64,000 nucleotides of DNA from Antechinus flavipes (lineage: Eukaryota), in the NCBI RefSeq assembly GCF_016432865.1, contig NC_067403.1:264058001-264122000 (forward strand). The letters are read 5' to 3'. Both the position numbers and the translations under genes were made by a program. The notes beneath the pieces were generated by a model. The model did no database searches. It was not told where the DNA came from and was given only the letters and a program-made list of their open reading frames with translations. Positions 46,375 to 58,560 of this stretch are shown here, piece after piece; position 1 is the first letter of the stretch; each line of letters starts with the position of its first letter.

Positions 46375-49273
46375 TTAAGATGACTTCTTCATCCTGTTTC
46401 ACTAGCCTTCCATTCACTGATGCCAGTCTAGACCCGGGCCTGGGATCCAAGGGGAGCTCATTGGCCTATAGCTTCCAGATTTCATGATCTTCCCTTTTTA
46501 GATGTCACACTATTCAGGTTCAACCCCCGACAACCTGCACAAAAATTCTCAGGTGTCAGGGTAGTGACATTGTAGCATAGGAACCTTTTCGCTTAACAAT
46601 AAGTCCCTGGACTCAATTATCTCTTTAAAAACTCATTGCTTAAATGACATTCACATCTGACCTCGGACACTTCCTAGCTGTGTGACCCTGGGCGGAGCAC
46701 TTCACCCTATGTGCCTCAGTTTCCGTGTCTATAAAATAAGCCAGAGAAAGAAACGGCAAATCTTTCCAGTATCTTTGCCAAATAGGGTCACCAACAGTCT
46801 GAAATAACTGAATGTCTCATATGACCCTTACCAGGACCCTGGGTGGCAGGTGTTATCCCCATTCTACAGATGAGAAAACTCAGGCAGACAAAGGTGAAGG
46901 AACTTCACCGGGGTTATCCCCTAGTGAATCTCTGAGGCTGATTCGACTTCTAGCACCTGTTCACTCCTTAGGTCTTCCTTCTTTCTCATTGCTCTAATAT
47001 ATAGAGAACTGAGCCAGATTTACAAAAAGAACTCATTTTCCAGTTGATAAATGATCAAAGGATACGAACAGGCAGTTTTCAGAAGATTGTGATAGAAGAA
47101 GAGCATGTGGTAAGAAATAGCGAGCAGGATACTTTCAGAAAGATGTGGGAAAACTTCCATGAACTGAAGCAAAGTGAAGTGACCAGAACAATGGCCACGG
47201 TAAAAGCTATCTTATACAACGATTTGCTGGGAAAGATTTAGCTTTTTTCAGATGATCCAACACAATTCCAAAGGTCCCAAATTGCCTCCCACCTAAAGAC
47301 AGAAAACTGATGGACTCTTGAGTGCAGAATGAAGCAGTCTTTTTTTCTTTTTCTTTCTATCCAAAGTCCTGCTGTGGCACCTGTAGTTATCCAAAAATTT
47401 GAGGGGGACCATGTGCATCCCACATCTGATGGTAGCTCAAAAACCTGGAGAGGAAAACATGGGTAAATGGTCATGTCTGTGGCTGACCAAGTTTGGGGAC
47501 ATTTGTGGGTAGTGGAACACTTGCCCTTGTGTTCTATCATGCTTCTAGTGCCTTTTACGCAAGATGAGCTCTATTGCCTAATGAGGGATTCTGCTCTGCA
47601 GTCCCTTGTCCTCCTTCTCTACTCCTCCCCCTTCTCTACTCCTCCTGCTTGCGTGTGAGTGTGTTACTTCCCTTTTCTCAAGTGAATGTCATTCATGTGT
47701 ATACTTGAACTGTTCCGTTGCCCACAATTTAGGGCACGAGATAAGACCATAGTTCTCATGTGACAAAAACGTGAAATACCATTTCCCAACTGTTGGCTCA
47801 GACCTTTCTGCAAAACGAGTCGATGTTATTTTGTAAAGTCACATGTAAAGAGGAAGAGATGTGAAATCACAATTAGGTTAATGTTGTAGGGTGGTTGGAG
47901 AAACTAAAAGGAAAGGGAGAAAATTCTGGCATCAGCACTCGGCTTTCACAGTCTTCGGAGGGCTTCGGACTGAGTTGAAGGCAGAAATGCTCTTTCTCTT
48001 TCTAGCCTCCCAGAGTCTGTGTCTTCCACAATGCCCAGAATTGGCAGGTGCCTTCCCCAGGGACTAAGCTGAGCTTCCACCCTGCTAGTCAGAATGGAGG
48101 CAGCAGCAGGGAGCTGAAAGGAAGAAGACAGCCCCAATCAGTGGTGCTTCACTCTGGGACTAAGTTGGCTTTAAGGTGTTTATTTAAAATTCTTGATCTT
48201 CATCAGCCACCAGGCTTCCCTGCCAGCAAAGATGTTTCCAGATGCTACAACATCATTTGCTTTGTTCTTTGGAGTCTCGGCTCCTTCCATCTTGGATCCC
48301 TGCTGGGGCTCCAAGCCTTCCTGTACATCCAGTCAGTCTCCACTCAGAATGAAGATGGACTTGGATTGGCGAGAATTGTTATCCTAGTGATTGATCACTC
48401 ATTCTGGCCAGCACTTGGCCAAAGGAAATCTTTCTTTTTCCTCATTCAGAGAGGGAAGAGAGATGGATGCTAGGTCTGTCTCAGTTCTATCTGCTGAGTT
48501 GTTTCCTCCCCTCCTACATTCATTCTTTGTCAGGAAGGACACCAGACGTGAGAAGGGAACAATCATTTATACAGTACTTACAATATACACTAAGTGATTT
48601 ACAGATATTACTGTATTACAGATATACAGATATTTACAGATATTAACTCATCTGATCTTCACAACAATCTGGAAGGCACTTTTATTATCCCAATTTGTAT
48701 AGTTGAGGAAACTGAGGCAAAAAGTGACTCACCCAAAAACATACAGCTAGGAAATGTCTGAGGCTGGATGTGCAATCCAATCTTTCTGACTCCAGATCTA
48801 GCTTTCTCTCCACTGTGCCATCCAGCTGTCTCAATAAACCATGTAACACACACAGAGACACACATTCACATACATACACACACACACTCATACACAAACA
48901 CACACACAGAGCTTTATACTTATTCAGTCCCATATGCTTACTTATGTTTATCTTTTTGTGCTTCTCTTGACTGTTTGCAGTTCAATCATTGTTTTCATCA
49001 TTTATGCTGGCAAATCCTTAATTTTCTACCACGTAGGATCACCCTGTGTTTGTGAGTGTTATCCTTGGCTATAAGCCCATGTCCTTTGCTTTCCAGGATA
49101 TTATACACCAGATTTTTCATTTGATTATGGTAGTTGTTGCTAAAATCTTGTGAGAGCTGATTGTGACTCCTTAGCATTTGAATTCTTTCTTTTTTGAATG
49201 TTTGCTGTATTTTGTTTTTCTTTGACCTGGAAGCTCTGAGTTTCGGCTACAACATTTCTGGGAGTTTCCTTTT

Positions 49274-49276
<3 letters not shown>

Positions 49277-49318
<42 letters not shown>
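49277..49318. repeat. (CT)n microsatellite
   Basis: ~21 perfect units. Confidence 0.97.
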
Positions 49319-49322
<4 letters not shown>

Positions 49323-50076
49323 CTCAGGAAATGACTGATACTTCTATGATGTTTCAGTTCTACTTTGTCCTATTAAGATCTCTGAATAGTTTTATTTTAT
49401 GATTTCTTGAAATATGATATCTAGCATCTCTACCATGACTTTCAAATGATTTTCTTTCTGATCTGTTTTTCAAGTTGATTGTTCTTGCTATGAGATACAT
49501 GGTTTTCTCAATTTCTGAACATTTTGGGAGTTTTCCCCCCATTTTATTTATTTATTTTTAAAAACATTTCTCAGCTGATCACTCTCCTCGACTTCATCAT
49601 TGTCTCCATTATTCAATTTCTCGTACCTCCTTAGTTTGCTCCCTTTCTTTCTTCTGATTGAAGGAGATAAGAGAGTGTATAGCAGATATTAACTCCACCT
49701 AAGAAAGGACCCCAGATATCCCCAGATTGCAGGACTTAAACCAATATTTCTCTCTGAATTGTCTTGGCCCATTAGATTGTGAGCTTCTAGAGAGTAGCAA
49801 CACCATCACTTTCTTCGTATCCCCAGGGCTTAGTATAGTGCTTGGCGCTTAGTAGGTGCTTAACAAATGTTTTTGATTGACTGACTGTCTCACAATGTCA
49901 GTAAGAAGCTAATCTGTTTAATTCTGATTTTCAAGAAATTTTTTGAGTAAGATTTCATATTTCTTGTAAGTTTCTGAGGCAACATTTCAAAAAAGAGCTT
50001 AAATTATTTAAAAAATCAAATGAAAATGCTAGAGAGGAAAAATAATTTGAAGCCCCCTTTTGAAACTCTTGCCTCA

Positions 50077-50682
50077 GAAACTGGAAACTGAATGGATGCC
50101 CATCAGTTGGACAATGGCTGAATAAGTTATGATACATGAATGTTATGGAATATTATTATTCTATAAGAAACAATGACCAGGATAATTTCAGAAAGGCTTG
50201 GAGAGACTTACAGGAACTAATGCTAAGGGAAGTAGAACCAGGAGAACATTGTACCTAGCAACAACAAGATTATATGATGATCAATTCCGATGCTTTTTTC
50301 CACAATGAGATGATTCAGACCAGTTCCAATGATCTTGTGATGAAGAGAGCCATCTGCACCTAGAGAGAGGACCGTGGGGACTAGTGTGAATCATAACATA
50401 GTTTTTTCCCCTCCTCTTTTTGTTTTTGTTTACTGGCATTTTGCTTTCTTTCTCATTTTTTTCCCCTTTCTGATCTGATTTTTCTTGTCTAGAATGATAA
50501 TTGTGGAAATATGTATAAAAGAATTTCACATGTTTAACATATATTGGATTATCTGCCATTTAGGGGAAGGGATGGGGGGAAAAGGGAGGGAAAAAATTTG
50601 GAACACAAGGCTTGCAATGATGAATGTTGAAAATTATCTGTGCATATATTTTGAAAATAAAAAAAATAATAAAACAGAAAAA
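50077..50682 (+). mobile_element. 5'-truncated LINE-1 with 14-bp TSD
   Basis: AAACTCTTGCCTCA at 50063-50076 and 50683-50696; A-rich tail. Confidence 0.85.
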
Positions 50683-51708
50683 AAACTCTTGCCTCATCAC
50701 TTCCACAAATTATGGTTAAATTTGTGCCCAAAATGTGTTTTCTCTTAAGTTTTTGCTTATGGATATTTTGGAATTCATCTCTTCTTGTGGTTTTATGACC
50801 TTTATCACTCTACTAGTTCTTTTATTAAAAAAAAAAAAGCATCACAAAATCTTACAATGCAGAGGGCCAGTACTGAATAAGTCCATGTACAAGAATCAGG
50901 TCCAGATCTAACGTGAGACCTTTTCTCTGTAAGGGCTACCCGAAATTCAAAGCATTGGCTCACCATCCTCCCTGACAATGATTAAAAATATACTTAAGAT
51001 AAATTTAAGGTATTTCCGTGAGCAATGCATGTAATAGGAACAAGGCATCATGAACTATGCAATTTATGACGGTTGCTTTAAGCAGATTGTTACTGCTAAT
51101 TACTGTCATTTATGACTGTTACAATAAGCAGATTGTTAGTTACCGTTTAATGTTAAAGTTAAATTCAAATATTGGGCAAGATATGTACCTGCAATCTTGG
51201 AATGTACTAAGCTACAACACAAGATTCTAATTTTTGTTTGTTCATTCCCCTCTTTGTGCTTCGGCTTTTTGTTAGGTCTGGGCTCTGTGTAGAGGCTCTA
51301 AAGTGGGCTTTTGTGATTTGGGGCCATTTTGCTGATTTTTTTGGAATATCGAGTATTGTTTTCCCAATCTTTTCTGTATCTGTCTTTGTTTCTCCCTAAA
51401 TCTCTCCCTCTCTCTCTCTGTCTCTGGGTCCATCTGTCTGTCTCCCCTATCCAGCTTCAGATCCTCATCATTCCACTAGTGTTCTCTCCACAGTTACCAA
51501 ATCCAGGGGCCCATTCTCAGGCCTCCTTCTCCTTGGCCTCTCTGTAGTCTTTGTTGCTGTAATCACTCTCTCCTCCTGGAGACTCTTCTCTCTAGGTTTT
51601 CAGTCCTGGTTCTCCTCCTTGCTTTCTGACTGTTTATTCCTCAGTCTTTTTTTTTTTTTTCTCCTGGATCCTCATCCTGGTCACGCTAACTGTAGGTATC
51701 CCACTAAA

Positions 51709-51898
51709 CAGGGGTCCTCAACTTTTTAAATAGGGGGCCAGTTCACTGTCTCTCAGATTGTGGAGGGCCAGACTATAGTAAAAACAAAAACTTTGTTTTG
51801 TGGGCCTTTAAATCAAGAAACTTCATAGCCCTGGGTAAGGGGGATAAACGTCCTCAGCTGCTGCATCTGGCCCGCGGGCTGTAATTTGAGGACTCCTG
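51709..51898. mobile_element. hAT MITE, OC1-type
   Basis: CAGGGGTCCTCAA...TTGAGGACTCCTG; absent at the paralogous site ~56140. Confidence 0.8.
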
Positions 51899-52980
51899 CG
51901 ACAACTTCTTCCTCTTTTCTCTTTCTATTTGTCTTGGTGTGATGAACCCATCAACTCCCATTGATTTAACTGTCATCTCAGCTGAAAATTCTAAATTTCA
52001 CATGTTCTGCTCTAAGCTCTCTGTTGACCTCCATTCTCACATCTCCAATAGAGATTGTGTGTCTCATACATAGTGTGTTAACTCAACAAGTCTGAAACTG
52101 AACTCATGATCTCCCCTGCCCTTTCAAACCTCCCCAGAGCTGCTGAGAGTATCACCCTGCTCTCAGTCTTCCAGCTTCACAACCTAGAAGTCATCCTGTA
52201 CCCTTCACTCTCTCACCCCTCATATCCAATATGGTGCCAAAGTTTGTTGAGTTGACCTTTGCTGGCTCTCTCACACATGTTTCCTACTCTGATGCAGGCC
52301 CCCATTCCCTCACTCCTGGATTACTGCAGCAGTTGCTAGGGGGTCTGTCTGCCTCAAGCTTCCCCACTCCAATCCATCTTCCAGTTAGTCACCAAAGTGA
52401 TTTCCCTAAAGCCTAGATTTGACCATGTCACTGCCTACTCAGTAACCTCTTCTAGCTCCCTGTCCTTTCCAGAAGAAAATTCAAAGACCTCTACTTGATT
52501 TTCAAAACCTTCATCCCCTGCTCCCCTACCTTTCCAATCTTGTTATATCTTCCTCCCCAGCATGGCCTCTTGAATCCCATAATACCAGCCTCTTGGCTGC
52601 TTCTTAAACAAGACCCTCCATCTCTTGGCTTTGAGCATTGTCTCTGACCATCCCCCATTCCTAGAATGCTCTCCTTCCACTCTGACCCAGTAAGCTACCC
52701 TGGTTTTTTCATGTCCCACTAAACTGCTACCTTGCCCTGGAAGCCTTCTCTTAATTCTGTTTTGTTGTTTAGTCTGGCCCCACTTGAGATTTTCTTGACA
52801 AAGATACTGGAGGGGTTTTCCATTCCATTATTCAGCTAATTTTACAGATGAGGAAACTGAGGCAAATAGGGTGAAATGATTTGTTCAAGTTCACACAGCC
52901 AGATTGAAAATCAGGTAAATGAGTCTGACTGTAGTCCTTGTGCTTTGTCCACTACTCCATCTGTTGTTTGTCTTTTATTT

Positions 52981-53225
52981 GTTTATTTTTTTGCATTTTT
53001 ATTATTTTTTATTATTTTTTTTATTTAGTTTTTTTTTAGTTTTATTTAGTTTTTATTATTTTGGCAATTTTAGTTTTATTTAGTTTTTATTATTTTGGCA
53101 ATTGGGGTTAAGTGACTTGCCTAGTGTCACACAGCCAGGAAGTTATGCGTCTGAGATCACATTTGAACTCAGGCCCTCCTGACTTCAGGGCTGGTGCTCT
53201 ATCCACTGCAACAACTAGCTACCCC
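52981..53225 (-). mobile_element. WSINE1-like SINE with long T-rich tail
   Basis: GGCAATTGGGGTTAAGTGACTTGCC..GAACTCAGG..; degenerate TSD TGTCTTTTATTT/TGTCCTTCATTT; absent from the paralogous copy. Confidence 0.8.
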
Positions 53226-54172
53226 TGTCCTTCATTTTTGAAGAGGACCAGTGACATCACTGGCTGACATCTTCACTTGCAGGGACTTCATTCTTCCAGA
53301 GTCATCCAGGTGCAGGGGCCAGACAAAAGTCAAGGGGACTGTTCATGGCCTGGGATGCAGTAAATGGCTTTGGTGTCTCTGATGTCAGGTGCCTTCAGAG
53401 CCCTTGGAACAAATTGCAAACAATTGTTATCCATCCCCAGAGAAGTCTGCACTTGCTTAGGAGCAGACGCGGGCTCCCCCTTCCCCTCCCTCCGCCCCCC
53501 CCCCCCCAGCTATTAATCCTTCCTATTTTTCCTGTCTACAGTTTGTACATATTTCTTTGCTCGCCGGTCTCCCCCATAGGAAGATAAGTTACTCGAAGGC
53601 AGGTCTTCTGTTTCCCCCATCCTGAGGCAGGACCCGGCATACAATAGGCTTAATAAATGCCGCTGACTTAGTTCTGGACTTCAGGGGCAGCGCAGCCTGG
53701 AAACTTGCGAGCTCCCAAAATGATCGGATCTGGGACGCTCTGACGGCGGCGCACCTGTCAGTGGGCTGGCCCGGCTTTAGTCTAGTAGATCTGTTCCGTG
53801 GAAGGCTGAGGAAGGATCAGTGGGCTAATGGATGCTGGGTCAAGCTCCTTTCCCAGCCTGGGCTCGGACAGAGGGGAGTCAAGTTCCCTTCACATCCTGG
53901 GCTCGGACAGAGGGGAGTCACCAGAGCCTCCCCTCCTCCTAGGTCAGAAGGGGAGGGAGGGAGGTCCTGGATTCGGGCTTAGACCGCCGCGGAGGGCTGT
54001 CCATGACACCTACAGGATCCAGCCTGGAGGGTTTGTTTTTCTCCTTTTGAATCACAGGCAATAGAAAGCTGACGCACAGTAACCAGAAAGGAGTGAGGGA
54101 GGAGAGGAGGGGCAGCCCGCTTGGGGCTCCTCCTACCAAATTCTCTAGTCCCGACCTCAGCTTCAGGCTCAG

Positions 54173-54180
54173 TATATTAA
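54173..54180 (+). promoter_or_regulatory. TATA-like box of IFITM gene
   Basis: TATATTAA ~120 nt upstream of the ATG. Confidence 0.5.
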
Positions 54181-54296
54181 GCTCCTTGCACTCCGGACTC
54201 CCCGCGGTGTTCCAGACTCCCGGCAGTGTTTCAGGATCCTTGAGCTCCAGGCTCCCCGTCCTGTTCCAGGTTTTCAGTACTTCAGGTCCGGGCGCC

Positions 54297-54536
54297 ATGA
54301 ACACGAACCAGGCAGTCCCTTTGGGGCAACTCAACCGAGCTTTTTCTCCCCCGAACTATGAGCTTCTCTCGGAAGAGCCAGGACTGAGAGCACCGGGGCA
54401 GGACCCAGCCTCCACCATCATCAGCGTGCACTCCTATGAGCCTCCCCCGAAAGATTTCTTTGTCTGGTCTGTGTTCAACACGTTGTACATGAACTTCTGC
54501 TGCCTGGGTTTCATGGCCCTGGTGTTTTCCGTAAAG
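54297..54536 (+). CDS. IFITM3: Interferon-induced transmembrane protein (IFITM3-like), exon 1
   Basis: MNTNQ...PPNYELL...PKDFFVWSVFNTLYMNFCCLGFMALVFSVK: CD225 domain, PPxY/YxxL motifs, CC palmitoylation pair; good Kozak gcgccATGA; donor AAG|GTGGGT. Exact orthology within IFITM1/2/3 not resolvable. Confidence 0.92.
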
Positions 54537-54661
54537 GTGGGTAGGGGCGCTGGAGCCTCTGGGGGCGCGGGCCAGCTTGGGAGTCTCCAGCGGGTGCTTG
54601 TGTGAGCTTCTGCCCTCCCCCTGGCACTAACCCCGGCTCTCTCTCTCTTTTCACCCCCCAG

Positions 54662-54808
54662 GCCAGGGACCGGAAGTTGGTGGGTGACCTGCATGCGGCC
54701 CAGAGCTACGCATCCACAGCCAAGTGTCTCAACATCTGTGTTCTGACCATCTTTCTTCTGCTGGTCCTCATCACCGTGGTGACTGCTATAGTCCTCAGCA
54801 TAGTCTGA
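54662..54808 (+). CDS. IFITM3: IFITM3-like exon 2
   Basis: ARDRKLVGDLHAAQSYASTAKCLNICVLTIFLLLVLITVVTAIVLSIV*; 125-nt intron with CTAAC branch point, pyrimidine tract and CAG|. Confidence 0.92.
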   Translation, partial: ARDRKLVGDLHAAQSYASTAKCLNICVLTIFLLLVLITVVTAIVLSIV

Positions 54809-55437
54809 AAGTCATCATCTCTCCGCTCCTGAGAGCTTTGGATGACTGAGAAATGTGCTTTTAATTTCAACAGCTTGGAGCATCTGGAAAGAGATGAGGG
54901 ACGTCGGGAAAATGAAATCTTTATCAGAGACAAATCCCCCCCTTATCTATTTCCGGCCTAATGGTAATTAGAGTGCTTTGACAAAAATCATTTTCATTCC
55001 ATGTGATCAAAAATATCCATTTGATCTTATGTGACTCCACTTTGTCACGGAAATGGTCCCAATATGCTCAAGCTCAACAGAGCCTGCCATCCAATGGCAC
55101 AATGTGGTCGTTCCCTGGGGCAGCAGCAGTTCCCAGCTTGGTGGTCACTAAGATGCTCACTCGGGTTATCAACGGGGCCACGATCTGGATCTGAGAGGGA
55201 ACCTCTATCTGGCCAGCATGAGAGCAGCTTCCCAAGCCCATGGCCTCCCAGGATGGCTTCCCCCTTGCCTCCAGAATCGGGGTGGGATATGTCATTTTTG
55301 GTCCTCAAGACCAAGAGATGCTGTATTTCCCCAAGTCCCCTTTGTATGTTTGGGTATCAAATCCTTTAACTAAAAGGTCCTGGGAGAAGGTGGCAGCTGA
55401 GATCCTGAGCAAGATCTGAGGGAACCATGGCTCCTTT

Positions 55438-55443
55438 AATAAA
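55438..55443 (+). terminator. Probable IFITM polyadenylation signal
   Basis: First AATAAA I found after the stop codon, with GU/U-rich sequence downstream. Confidence 0.5.
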
Positions 55444-55565
55444 GTGCCATTGACTCAGAGCTTTGCCTCTGTCTCTTTTATTGTAGGTTGAACAGTTCTA
55501 GTCCACAGGTACTTTGGAATCCTTCTCTTGCTCTGGTTTTGAGTTCTTTGTCACCCTATTGGCGC

Positions 55566-55620
55566 ATATATATATATATATATATATACATATACATACA
55601 TATATATATACACTCATATA
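55566..55620. repeat. (AT)n/(ATAC) microsatellite
   Basis: Visible dinucleotide run. Confidence 0.9.
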
Positions 55621-55627
55621 CAATGTG

Positions 55628-57930
55628 AGATTCTTTTTTTGTTTGCTCATTCCCCCTTTCTGCTTGGGCTTTTTGTTGGGTCTGAGCTCTGTGCATTCCT
55701 AGGAAAGGATCTGAGAGGAGCTTTTGTGACTTGGGGTCCTTCTGCAGGTTTGGGGGGTTATTGAATGTTTTCTCTTTTTTTGCTTCTGTCTCTCTTTGTC
55801 TCTTCCAGTCTCTCCTTGCCTCTCCCTGTCTCTCCCTTTTTCTTCCTCTCTCTCTCTGTTTCTGTGTCCATCTGTCTGTCTCCACAATCCAGCTTCAGAT
55901 TCTCATCATTCCACTAAAGTGTTCTCTCCACAGTTACCAAATCCAGGGGCCCATTCTCAGGCCTCCTTCTCCTTGGCCTCTTTGTAGTCTTTGTTGCTGT
56001 AATCACTCTCTTCTCCTGGACACTATTATCTCTAGGTTTTCAGTCCTGGTTCTCCTCCTCCCTTTCTGACTGTTTATTCCTCAGTCTTTTTTTTTTCTCC
56101 TGGATCCTCATCCTGGTCACACTAACTGTAGGTGTCCCACTAGGACAATTCCTTCCTTTTTTCTCTTTCTATTCTCCTTGATGTGATGAACCCATCAGCT
56201 CCCACTGATTTCATTTTCATCTCTGTCATTTAATGTCATCTTTTAAAATCCTTTTTATTAGGTTTGGGCTCTCTGCATTCCTAGGAGGGGATCTGAGAGG
56301 AGCTTTTGTGATTTGGGGGTCCTTCTGCAGGTTTTTGGGGGTTATTGGATGTTTTCTCTCTCTTTTTTTTTTTTTTTTGCATCTGTCTCTGTCTCTTCCT
56401 TGCCTCTCCCTGTCTCTCCTTCTCTCTGTCACTCCCTTTCTCTTTCTTTTTCTGTCGTGGTCTGTGTTCACTTTTCTGTCTCCCCAATCAAACTTTATAT
56501 CCTTATCATCCTTCTCTCACACATGTCCCCCACTCTGATGCAGGCCCCCATTCCCTCCTGAATTACTGCAGCAGCTGCTAGAGGGTCTGTCTGCCTCAAG
56601 CTTCCCCACTCCAATCCATCTTTCAGTTAGTCACCAAAGTGATTTCCCTAAAGCCTAGATTTGACCATGTCACTGCCTACTCCAGGGGACCTCAAACTAC
56701 GGCCTGTGGGCCAGATGCGGACATTTATCCCCTCCCCCAGGGCTATGAAGTTTATTTATTTAAAGGCCCACAAAACAAAGTTTTTGTTTTTACTATAGTC
56801 TGGCCCTCCAACAGTCTGAGAGACAGTGAACTGGCCTCCTTTTTAAAAAGTTTGAGGACCCTGGCCCTACTCAGTAAACTCCTCTGGCTCCCTGTCCTTT
56901 CCAGAAGAAAATTCAAGGCGCTTTGGTTGGTCTCCAAAGCCTTCATCCCCTGCTCCCCCACCTTTCCAGTCTTGTTATACCTTCCTCCCCAATGTGGCCT
57001 CTCGAATCCCACAACACCAGCCTGTTCACTGCTCCATCTCTTGCTTTAAGCATTGTCTCTGACCATCCCCCATTCCTAGAGTGCTCTCCCTCTTCCATTC
57101 TGATCCAGTAAACTACCCTGATTTCTTCAAGTCTCAGCTAAACTGCTACCTTTCCCAAGAAGACTTCTCCAGTGTCTCTTAATTCAGTTTTACTGTTCGT
57201 TCTGGCCCCACTTGAGGTTTTCTTGACAAAGATAAACTGGAGGGGTTTTCCATTCCCTCGTCCAGTTCTTTTTACAGATGTGGAAACTGAGGCAAACAGG
57301 GTGGAGTGATGTGTTTGGGGTCACACAGCCAGATTGGAACTCAGATAAATGAATCTGACTCTAGTTCTGTTGCTCTGTCCCCTGCTCTATCTGTTGTTTG
57401 TTCTTCATTTTTGGAGAGGACGAGTGACATCATTAGCTGATGTCTTGACTTGAAGGGACTTCATTCTCTGAATCATCTAAGCACAGGGGTCGGACAAAAG
57501 TCAAGAGGATTGCCATGGCCTGGGATGCAGCAACTGGCTTTGGTATCTTTGATGTCAGGGCTTCAGGGCCCTTGGAACAAATTGCAAATAATTCTCATCT
57601 ATCCTTTCCCCCCAGAAAAGTCTGCACTTGCTTGAGGAGTGGACACTGCTCCCCTTAGGTCTTAATCATTTCCTATTTATCCTGTCTATAGCTTGTTTGT
57701 TCATCTTTGTTTGTTGTTTTCCCCATTAGAAAGTAAGCTGCTTGAAGGCAGGTCTTTTGTTTTCCTCAGTATTCCCCATCCTTAGGCAGGACCTGGCACA
57801 TAATAAGTGCTTAATAAATGCTTGTTGACTAACCACCTGACTTAGTTCTGGACTTCAGAGACAGCTCAGCCTGGAAACTTGCAAGTCCCCAGTACTTCCA
57901 AAGCGGTCAGATCTGGGGCCAAGTCTGATC
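55628..57930 (+). repeat. Local segmental duplication, copy 2 (downstream of IFITM), with an extra internal copy of its head at ~56260-56480
   Basis: Colinear with 51222-53760; GGATCTGAGAGGAGCTTTTGTGA block occurs at ~55708 and ~56289. Confidence 0.9.
56683..56864. mobile_element. hAT MITE, OC1-type, opposite orientation, with 8-bp TSD
   Basis: CAGGGGACCTCAAACT...TTTGAGGACCCTG flanked by GCCTACTC/CCCTACTC; empty paralogous site at 52433-52440 has a single GCCTACTC. Confidence 0.85.
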
Positions 57931-58463
57931 GTGGCACACATGCTTAGCTCAGCCTGACTTGGGTTTAGGTTTGAGCAACAGTTCTGTTCTTGGTTGGAAG
58001 CAGGAGATACTATCGCACTCATCCCACTCTCAGCCTGCTGGGAAACTCTGCTGATCCCAAGTAAAAGAAATGCAGGCTCCTCTTTGGTCTGGGATTCCTG
58101 CCTTGGTTTTTCCTTAGCAGAACCAAGTCTGAATTGGGGGCTGGACCTGGAACCCTTACCCTGCTCCTGGAATCTGAGCCATACCCAGATACTGCTGTTT
58201 TTTTTTTTTTTAAACTAATTCCTCACTTAGAACAGAGCCCAGGGCTCCTGACTTCTTTCCCTGCACCACCCTCCTGCCTCTGTAAGCCGGTGCTGGGGAG
58301 GGAGGGAGAGAGTGAAAAGGGGGCCAGTTAGCCCTGCTTGTGCTTAGTATATCCCTGCGCAGGCCTGGGTTCTTGGGTTCCTTTCTCAGCACTCCCAGAC
58401 CTCTCTTGTGTCCCTACACTGATCTGAGCTGGAAAAAATGACTCACTGGAAATTCTTGGATTT

Positions 58464-58560
58464 CCTAATCAGGATTTTGTCTGGTGTGTTTTCTGGATGT
58501 TTATGGAGTTCCATTCCAGTGGGCTCTCCTTTTTCATGTTACACTTGGGCTCCCCACCCA
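58464..58560 (+). pseudogene. Probable decayed IFITM paralog (exon-1 remnant)
   Basis: PNQDF-VWCVF-WMFMEFHSSG aligns with PKDFFVWSVFNTLYMNFCCLG; about 36/48 nt identical by hand alignment with two codon gaps; sits downstream of the duplicated IFITM-upstream block. Confidence 0.45.

Larger units (their letters stand above)
51222..53760 (+). repeat. Local segmental duplication, copy 1 (upstream of IFITM)
   Basis: Colinear similarity to 55628-57930, e.g. CCAGCTTCAGAT(C/T)CTCATCATTCCACTA...TTACCAAATCCAGGGGCCCATTCTCAGGCCTCC near-identical in both. Confidence 0.9.
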
